NCBI RefSeq assembly: GCF_006345805.1
Contig: NC_043006.1
Location: forward strand, 67,022,001-67,086,000
Source: Octopus sinensis
Taxonomy: Eukaryota
Reading direction: 5' to 3'
DNA: 64,000 bases
Shown piece by piece: positions 54,397 to 64,000 of this stretch; the first letter of the stretch is position 1, and each line of letters starts with the position of its first letter. A program made the position numbers and the translations under genes. The notes beneath the pieces were generated by a model. The model was not told the origin of the DNA, made no database searches, and worked only from the letters and a program-made list of their open reading frames with translations.

Positions 54397-57280
54397 CAAA
54401 AAAAATATCAGAAATAGAAATAGAACATCTAAAAGAAAAAATACACCAGGAAAATGTAGATAGAAGCCACACAACAATGCCCAATAATATAAACACTGAA
54501 AATGTAAAACACGAAGACAAACGCAACATTCCCAACAAACACGATGTAAACAACGAAGGGGAGCCTAATGATTATGATAATATAAAAAATGAAATAATCA
54601 AAGAACTGAAAACCACAGAGCTCAAAATGGACCACCAACCATACCTCCCAAGAATCAAAATAAACGAAATAACAACACCAATTATAAACAGCATAAACCT
54701 AGCCGTCACTAAACTTATAGCCACTGAAACAAAAAAAAGTGATATCACTGAGCTAAATGACTTAATATACGCAGCAGCCACTGCAGCCACAAAAGAAGCT
54801 GGATACTCACCCAAACCCGCCCAAACAGGAGTACCACCACCCAAACAAACCCTGTGGATAAACAACATCCAAATAAAATTTTAAAAAATTAGAATAGACC
54901 AGTCGATTCTTAATGAAATCAGCAAACAATCAACGCTACTGAGCAACAAAAAGAAAACAAAAATACTCCGCAAATATAACATCACAGAGAAAGATTTGCC
55001 TGAGATAAAAGAAAAGCTGAAGCAAGATATCCTTGCAAAGCACAAAGGATCCGCCGGTACGAGAAACGCCAACGCTTCTTTGAACAAAACAAAAAGTTCA
55101 ACTCCAACCCCAAAAAGTTCTACCAAGAACTGGGCAAAAATAAAATAGAAGTCACTGCAGCACCAACGGCAGAAGAATTGGAAGAATTCTGGAGAGAAAT
55201 ATGGTCGGCGAACGAACAACCAAAAAAAAGGAGTATCAAAATAACAAACTCGGCATCTGAACAACTTTGGACCCCCATAACAACTGAAGAGGTCACCCAG
55301 GCACTGCAAAGACTAAGCAACTGGAAGGCACCTGGGCATGACAAGATCCCCAACTTCTGGTTGAAATATCTAACAGGAATGCACAAAAAGCTGGCTGAAA
55401 ACTTTAACAACATACTAGCAGAGCCAGCAACAATGCCTGAATGGCTCACGAAGGGGAAAACCATCTTAATTCCCAAATCAAATGAAACAGCAAAACCAGA
55501 AAACTACAGACCAATAACCTGCCTCCCTACTATGTTCAAGGCATTTACCGCAGTGATATCGCAAAGGCTGAACAAGCACCTGGACGAAAACAAACTGTTC
55601 CCAGAAGAGCAGAAAGGATGCCGCAAAGGCTCATATGGCTGTAAAGATCAACTAATGATTAATAAAGCCATAACTGAAGACAGCCACAGAAAGAAGAAAG
55701 GCCTCAGTATGGCCTGGATTGACTACAAAAAGGCGTTTGATAGCATCCCCCACACATGGATCCTCGAAACACTAGCCATTAACAAAGTAGCACCAACAAT
55801 CATAAAATTCATAGAGCACTCTATGAATAAATGGCAAACAGTCCTACACCTCCAAACAAAAGAGGGACTCATGAAAACCAAAGACATCCCCATTAGAAGA
55901 GGAATATTCCAGGGAGACACGCTCTCTCCACTCCTTTTCTGCTTGGCACTGTCACCTCTATCTGATATGCTAAATAGAACTGGATGCGGATATAAATGTT
56001 ACGGCAAAACGATCAGCCACCTTTTATATATGGATGACCTAAAACTATACGCTGCAAATGACAAACAGCTGGAAACACTATTAAAGACAGTTCATGGATT
56101 TACCAAAGAAATAGATATGAAATTTGGATTAGAAAAATGCGCCAAAGTAACCATGAAAAGAGGAAAACTAGTTAAGAGTAGCAACATCACACTAGATAAA
56201 ACCAATGAAATAAAAGAATTAGACCAAAGCCAAACTTACAAATACTTAGGAATCCATGAACTAGATAAGACACAACACACACAAATGAAAGAGAAAATAA
56301 AAAAAGAATATTATAGACGAGTTAGATCAATACTAAAAACAGAGCTCAATGCTAAAACAAGATAATAGGTATCAACACTTTAGCTGTCCCAGTTATAAGT
56401 TACAGCTACAATATCCTTAACTGGACACGAAATGAACTGACCAAAATAGATAGGAAAACAAGAAAAATAATGACAGGATCTAGGATGCATCACCCAAAAT
56501 CTGACATAGAAAGACTATATATACAACGTATAGAAGGTGGTAGAGGCCTTATACAGCTGGAAAACTACTATAAAATAACCACCATTTGACTGCAAAAAAT
56601 CTACTTCAGAAGGAAGGAAAACTGATCCAGATAGCGGCAAAAAACTGTTCTCAGTATTTAAGGAAGCTGACAAATACAAACAAGAAATCATACCACCTAA
56701 TAAACATGAAGAAGAAGAAGAAGAAGATGAAGAAACAACAAAAGCTATAAAACAAATGAAATCCAAACTAAAAATAGAACAGCAACGAACCATGGTAAAA
56801 CGATGGCAAGAAAAGCCCCTTCATGGTAAATACTGGACTAAACTAAACGCAAAAGAAATAGACAAAGAAAAATCCCAGCAATGGTTGAGAAGCTCAGGAC
56901 TCAAAGCAGAAACAGAGGGATTTTTAATTGCAGCACAAGACCAAAGCCTCCCCACCAGAAATTACCAAAAACATGTAATGAAAAGAAATATTACAAGTAA
57001 CTGCAAAATATGTGGAGATGGACAAGAAACAATAAATCATATTATCTCTAGCTGCCCAGTCCTGGCTAAGAAGGAATATATTCACAGACATAACAGAGTT
57101 GGAACCTACATACATTGGAAGCTATGCCAACATTATGGAATAACAACAGAAAAAAGATGGTATAGGCACACACCAGAAAAGGTCACAGAAAACGAGAAAG
57201 CAACCATACTCTGGGATATGCCGATACACACAGATAGAGAAATTAAGGCCAACAGACCAGATATAGTTATCAGAGATCAT
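54397..57280 (+). mobile_element. Near-full-length R4/Dong family A LINE, frameshifted, 3' end missing
   Basis: N-terminal region (54397-54884), RT ORF 55178-56365 (WKAPGHD, NYRPITCL, DYKKAFDSIPH, GIFQGDTLSP, YMDD), CKICGDGQETINHIISSC knuckle and RPDIV start of the RLE. Starts directly after (TAA)n. Confidence 0.92.
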
Positions 57281-57318
57281 GGTTCGTTGCTGTTCTATTT
57301 TTAGTTTGGATTTCATTT
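57278..57318 (-). repeat. 41-bp perfect inverted copy of 56754-56794 capping the broken LINE 3' end
   Basis: catggttcgttgctgttctatttttagtttggatttcattt is the exact reverse complement of 56754-56794. Confidence 0.95.
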
Positions 57319-57411
57319 GGCTAAACTGGCAAAATGACCATCCCGAAATATAACAATATGTTTCAACACACGACTTCACATAAAATGTTTTGCACAACAA
57401 TTATATAAACG

Positions 57412-57481
<70 letters not shown>

Positions 57482-57483
<2 letters not shown>

Positions 57484-57683
57484 TTGTGTGTCTGTGTTTG
57501 TCCCCCTAGCATTGCTTGACAACCGATGCTGGTGTGTTTATGTCCCCGTCACTTAGCGGTTCGGCAAAAGAGACCGATAGAATAAGTACTGGGCTTACAA
57601 AGAATAAGTCCCGGGGTCGAGTTGCTCGACTAAAGGCGGTGCTCCAGCATGGCCGCAGTCAACTGACTGAAACAATTAAAAGA

Positions 57684-57685
<2 letters not shown>
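57482..57685 (+). mobile_element. SINE family 1, 3' half
   Basis: Close match to consensus from tttgtccccctagc to gactgaaacaattaaaagag. Confidence 0.85.
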
Positions 57686-57720
<35 letters not shown>

Positions 57721-57724
57721 TATG

Positions 57725-58322
57725 TAGGCACAGGACGTCATGAAACGTGTACAACAAAAAAGTACGAAGCATGAGTACATGGAACAGGAACTATTCTTTT
57801 GAACAACGAAAGACACAAACAGAAAACAAAGCAAACATAAATAACGACCCTTCATCAGTTGTTGGATGTTTGTCTAGTCTTGTATTACGAGCATTTAACA
57901 GCAATATACGCTTTCGATAAAACAGTTGCTCCCGAAAAGCAAATTAATTAATATTGGGGAATTTGCAGAGGGTAACACAAGCAGGACAGTGGAAACAAAC
58001 AGGAAGGGTTGCTAACTCGGTTGTTGTGGTGAACGCGTAAATCAAGCTAGGACAGGATACAAACAAGAACACGTATTCCTTGTTTCAGCTACAACGGAGA
58101 GAAAGAAAGATGACCGATGGTCACATGAGAGCCACGTGAACAATGGAGGAGAAGTGTGTGAGAGAGAGAGTGACAGAGTAATAGGATAGAATAGTGGGTG
58201 AAGAAAAGGTAAAAGAATAAGAGAGAGAAAAAGAGAGAAAATCGAAAAACTAAAAAATGATATAGAGTGCGCATCAGAATTGTTAAGATAAAACTTACTT
58301 GGAAGAGAATGCATGGCATTCA
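57725..58322 (-). mobile_element. Penelope-like terminal fragment (related to 18950-19570)
   Basis: Shared sequence blocks; flanked by (TA)n. Confidence 0.4.
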
Positions 58323-58346
58323 TCATATAATAATATAAATAATATA

Positions 58347-58390
<44 letters not shown>

Positions 58391-58396
58391 GTATTC

Positions 58397-58442
<46 letters not shown>

Positions 58443-58500
58443 ATATGTATGTATGTACATATATATATGTGTGTGTATGTATGCATGTATATATGCATAT

Positions 58501-58546
<46 letters not shown>

Positions 58547-60384
58547 ATATGCATATATACATACGTATATGTACATCTATACGTATATGCATATATATAT
58601 ATTATATATATATATATATATATACGACAGACTTCCTTGCAGTTTCCGTCACTCTCAAAGTATTAATCAACACATAGATAATAAATAGTGATTAAAAGAA
58701 GGTGAGAAGTTGTTACCCGAAGACGTTGATAAGAGATTATCAGATGGAAAATTTTCTGTCTTCATATTCACCTCTTTTGCCCAAACATCTTTCCACCACC
58801 ACAACCACCAGTGCCATCGCCATGCTGCTACCTTCACCATTCCACCAGACAGAGTCAAAGTAACTTGTCTCTCTTGCAAAAGAAATATGGCAGGTCAGTT
58901 TTCAAATAGATTCAGTTGATTGACAGTTTCTTCCTACGTGAGATGATCGCTGTGCGACATAGACATTCAAAGTAAGCATGGGCGAACAGTTGACGCATAG
59001 CTGTAGTATGGTTTCCTCACTTTGCGAACGGCAATACCTGGTCATTCATGTTAGCACAGAATGCAGTTGATTAAACGAATCCTGATTATTTGACTGATAC
59101 TCCGTGTTACTGACCTCGGAAGAGTGAAAGTGAAAGTTGCCACTGTCGGTGTTTGGACTCAGAACATAATGAAACGTAACTAAACACCTTAAGATATTTT
59201 TTCCGCTGCACTACCGATTGCGTAATGGTGAACACGTATATCAGTAAAGTAAAACTTCGATTAGCATGTTGTATAGTGGCAATTAACAAAGTGTGAAGAG
59301 ATAAGAACTGCATGAAAGAAAGTAACACATATACAAACAGAGGAAAAGAGAGACAGAGAGGTGAGGAAAGAATACTGTTGTCTTAAAAGTGAAGAATCTG
59401 CAAATTCAATGTTTAGTATTGGAGAAGTGATGAGATTTGATGATGGAGAAACCAGAGTGAATGGAAGAAAGAAGGAATCGGTAGATGGAAGAGAATTTGG
59501 TGAAATCTTAAAAGAAGACTTCAAAAGAGCAGAGAAGAACTAAAGCGTAAGCTGTGTAAAGATAAATCCGAATAGTGTGAAGTCTTTAACAAGCGAAGTA
59601 AAATAATAATAAAAGATATGGATTGGGGAATAGCTTATATCTTAGATTCTAGCAACTAAAAACTTGTTCTATCGTTAACATAAAATTCCAAATGATAGAA
59701 GCAAGATGAGAAGAATGGAAGCGACATTAGATTTATGTAGTCTGTATAAAGGAAACACAAAAACATTATTTGCTGTCAAACACATTCCAGCTGTGACCAT
59801 CCCTTCTCTATATCTCTGCCTGGACGTAAAGTGTTGGATTTTATTACATTAAAGGGATTGAGAAATATTATAGTTTAATGTGTGATAAAAACAGACGTAG
59901 GAAAAGTTGTGCACTTAAGAATACGTAATATTTACTGTGTTTGGATTCTCAGGGATTAATCATATTCTGCCGCCTTAAATGGCAGGGTATTATCGTTTAT
60001 TTTTTACCTTGGAATTCTTTCAGCCATTAGGCTGCGGCCATGATGGAACACCACCTTGAAGAATTTTAGTCAAGCGAGAAGACCCCAGTACTCATTTCCT
60101 GGTACGTATTCTCTCGGTCCTTTTTGCCGATCCGCTAAGTTACGGGGGATATAAACTCGCCAACACCGGTTCTCTAGCAATGGTAGAGGACAAATACAGA
60201 CGCAAAGATATGCACATACTCACAAACACACACACACGCACACACATATCGCATGATCACGTGACCGACCACGCTATCAAATGATGTTACACATCACTGA
60301 TCACAATGCATTTTAGCATTGTTTTAGCCTCCAAACGACGCCATACCGTTGGCTAAGCGAGCACGCCAACATATATGGAGTGTC

Positions 60385-60545
60385 TCTGTGGTATGTAGCT
60401 TGCTTACCAACCACATGGTTCCGGGTTCAGTCCCACTGTGTGGCGCTTTGGGCAAGTGTCTTCTACTATAGCCTCGGGGTGACCAAAGCCTTGTGAGTGG
60501 ATTTGATAAACGGAAACTGAAAGACGACCTTCGTATGTATATATA

Positions 60546-60592
<47 letters not shown>

Positions 60593-60760
60593 ATACATGT
60601 GTGTGTGCGTTTGTGCATGTGTCTCCAATATCACTTGACAACCGATGCTGGTGTGTTTACGTCCCCGTAGCTTACAAATAATAATTTCTACGGTTGATTT
60701 GCTCGACTAAAGGCGGTGCTCCAGCAGGGCCGCAGTCAAAATGACTGAAGCAAGTAAAAG
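60385..60760 (+). mobile_element. SINE family 1
   Basis: Head, internal (TA)n, tail gactgaagcaagtaaaagag. Confidence 0.8.
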
Positions 60761-60781
60761 AGTATACACACACATACACAC

Positions 60782-60930
60782 CCGACGAGCTTCTTTCAAT
60801 TTCCGTTTACCAAATCCACTCACAAGGATCGGTTCTAGTAGAATACACTTGTCCAAGGTGCTATGTAGTGGCACTGAATCCCAAACCATACGATTAGGAA
60901 TCGATCTTCTTCTTCCCAAACAGCCACGCC
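60782..60930 (-). mobile_element. SINE family 1, 5' half
   Basis: ttccgtttaccaaatccactcacaagg..cagccacgcctg. Confidence 0.7.
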
Positions 60931-61384
60931 TGAGCCTAGAGGCATATTAAAGATCCAGTCCTGCACTCTCATATATGCGCACTAAAACGAGAATAGTCAT
61001 AAAGGCCTGGTTAGAGATTAAACAATGGCAGACTATCTCTACCAGATGTTCACTTATGATTGTTTGTGAATACCCAGTTGAAGAAGATATAGATTATAGA
61101 TATTATCGACATGATGAATTATCGCCTGTCACAGTGAGAGAAAAAAAAACAGGTTAGAAGAAATCGCAAGAGAAAGAGTTACTCTGTACAAGGAATATAT
61201 ACAATATGGCGGCTTGTATTAGCTGTGGAAGTGAAGGAATGGAGGAAGTTGAAATATAGCGAAAGTTAATTCGGGATAAAAGAGTGAGTGATGAAGATGT
61301 GTACGAATGTGTGTGTGCGTGCGTGTGTGTACGTGTGTGTGTGTGTGGTGTGTGTGTGTGTGTGTATGTTTGTGTGTGTGCGTG

Positions 61385-61482
61385 TGAATGATAGTCTCTG
61401 CGTCTGTCTCTGTGTATATGTGTGTTTATGTGTGTGTGTGTGAATATGTGTGATAGTTTCTACGTCTGTCTGTGTGTGTGTT

Positions 61483-61518
<36 letters not shown>

Positions 61519-61695
61519 CAAATGTGTGCGATAGTCCCTGCGTCTGTCTGTGTGTGTATGTGTGTCTTTGTGAGTGTGTGAATGTGTGTGATAGTTTCTG
61601 CGTCTCTCTCTGTGTATATGTGTGTTTGAGTGTGTGTGTTAATGTGTGTGATAGTCTCTGCGTCTGTCTCTGTGTGTATGTGTGTGTCTGTGTGG
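61385..61695 (+). repeat. Compound minisatellite (gtgtgatagt.tctgcgtctgtc + (GT)n), ~5 units
   Basis: Direct inspection. Confidence 0.8.
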
Positions 61696-62095
61696 AAATA
61701 ATTGAAAAAATATAGAAAAACATGTAAACATTTTAGGGTAAGGCATGTACATGTGTGTTTGTATGTGAGTGTGTGTGTGTATGTCGATCTGTGTGGTTAC
61801 GTATGTACATGTGCGTGAATGTGAGATTTTGTGTGGTTATGTGAGAATGTTGTTGAGTATGTATTTGTGTGAATGTGTGAGACTTGTGTGTAAGTGTGTG
61901 TGTGCTTGTGCGTGTGTGTGTAAGTATGTGTGTGTGTGTAAGTATGTGTGTGCGCGCGCGTGTGTGTGTGTGCCTATATGTATGTAAATAGTTGAGGAAA
62001 TAGAGACAGAATATTTGGCGCACGTACAGGCGCGTATGTTTATGTGTGTTTGTAAAGACGTGAACGAGAGATATATTTTATTGTTATTATTATTA

Positions 62096-62139
<44 letters not shown>

Positions 62140-62802
62140 GAAAGTTTTGGGCAGTATACCAAAAGTCCCAATTTTTCAAAACTAAAATCAGTTCATCTTG
62201 AAAACCACACATACAAACGCTAAACGTGAATAAATACTGCTTGAAAAAGCCCTAGAATATTCACATATCCTACAATTGTTATTTTCTCGAATGTACCTCT
62301 GGCTATCCTCAGAGGTAATTTGTCAGTGGCTTTCTAGACATTGTTATATGTCTTAAATTATCAATAGGATGAGTGGTCCATTCTGTGACAGCCAGATTTT
62401 ATTCAATTGAGCAGTTTGGTCGGTGTGATTCCCCAAAGTTTTACTCGTTGCGACACACCGTTGTTGTTGTTGTTGTTTTGTATTGTCTTTTATCCGTCAT
62501 TTATTTTGGTTATTGGACTGTAAACATGCTAGGAGCACTGCTATGAAAGGCTTAATGAAACAAATCTAACTTAGTACTGATATTTCTTCTGCTTTTCTTT
62601 TTTGCCGAATTCCTAGTTTACGAAGAATTAAACAAAATCGCATCGATTGTCAAACGGTGAAGGTGGCGGTAACAAATACAAACACAGTGATAAAGACCAC
62701 AGACACACACGTGCGTATAGATAGATAGATAAATACATACATACTCACACACACACATATTCAATCACGCGCGCACACACACATGAATGTATATATATGT
62801 GT

Positions 62803-62879
<77 letters not shown>

Positions 62880-62912
62880 TATATACGAACATACGATATA
62901 TCTATATACATA

Positions 62913-62956
<44 letters not shown>

Positions 62957-63451
62957 AATATACACATATATATTTAAGCATTTCAAAGTTTCCATTTTTT
63001 AAATTTTCCTCACAAGGCATCGGTAAGTCCGGAGCTATGGCAAAACTCTTCTGCCCAAGATGTGCAGTGGTGCCAAGCGAGCTCTTTAAACACCCCCTTT
63101 GCTTTTAAAGCCCACAGTATTTTCTCATTGTCATTTTCTGAAGCAAGAGAAGATTTTATCAATGTTTCTCAACCAGTTTTTAACCTTTGGACCTTTTCGA
63201 TTCCTATCTTACTCATTTGGGCGCCCAGGGCCATTTCATGTTGAAAAAATCCTCTTATAATTTTATAATTAGATATTATTTGCAATTGTATAAATACACT
63301 TGTTAACATGCAGGTTGCGGCAGGAGTAACGCCCTTTCATATATGTGTAATCTTTATAGTTTTCTACTTTCAGAAGAATGGTGCGCAACCTCACTATGGG
63401 TAAAACGTCCAGGAATGTTTAAATCTTAATTTTGAGGCGAGGTAGAAACTC

Positions 63452-63670
63452 TTTTACTTGTTTCAATCATGTGACTGTGGCCATGCTGGAGCACCGCCTT
63501 TAGTCGAGCACATCGACCCCCCAGGACTTATTCTTTGTAAGCCTAGTACTTATTCTATCGTTCTCTTTTGCCGAATCGCTAAGTTACGAGGACGTAAACA
63601 CACCAGCATCGGTTGTCAAGCGATGTTGGGGGGACAAACATAGACACAAAAATATATACACACATACACA

Positions 63671-63705
<35 letters not shown>

Positions 63706-63709
63706 AAAC

Positions 63710-63780
<71 letters not shown>

Positions 63781-63935
63781 TACAACGAGGTTCTTTCAAT
63801 TTCCGTCTACGAAATCCACTAACAAGGCTTTGGTTGGCCCGAGGCTATAGTAGAAGACACTTGCCCATCGTGCCACGCAGTGGTACTGAACCCGGAGCCA
63901 TGTAGTTCGCAAGCATACTACTTACCGCACAGACA
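63452..63935 (-). mobile_element. SINE family 1, full length with expanded internal microsatellite
   Basis: Reverse complement matches the consensus head, body and tail. Confidence 0.85.
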
Positions 63936-64000
63936 CTGAAACACATAGGACAACATGGAGTAAAACGTCACCTGACGTTTTCTTGTGGGTGTATTGGATG

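Noticed and set aside
59340-59555. Purine-rich 60-aa ORF followed by a GTAAGC donor-like site (possible host exon)
   Set aside because: No convincing acceptor or polypyrimidine tract, no recognisable domain, and a stop precedes the donor; cannot be supported without transcript data.

Overview
AT-rich eukaryotic non-genic (intergenic or intronic) DNA saturated with microsatellites and transposable-element debris. The SINE families and microsatellite landscape resemble an octopus/cephalopod genome (inference). No intact host gene is recognisable, and almost all listed ORFs are microsatellite read-through or TE remnants. Main contents: two clusters of R4/Dong-clade RLE LINEs stacked in (TAA)n arrays (1-3950 minus; 53485-57320 plus); a 5'-truncated L1/Tx1-clade LINE and a second related 3'-UTR stub, both sitting inside (TATC)n arrays; two decayed mariner elements with TIRs and TA TSDs; non-autonomous Helitrons; a hAT MITE with a perfect 8-bp TSD; a Gypsy gag/protease remnant; at least four tRNA-derived SINE families; and two large inverted repeats. 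The most notable signal is a set of hammerhead ribozyme motifs. One is a fully canonical type I hammerhead (21350-21419, minus) inside an ORF-less 352-bp unit with a perfect 64-bp terminal redundancy, i.e. a retrozyme-like or circular-RNA-derived insertion. A diverged sister copy, a second decayed ~379-bp hammerhead-bearing tandem unit, and Penelope-type minimal hammerheads are also present.
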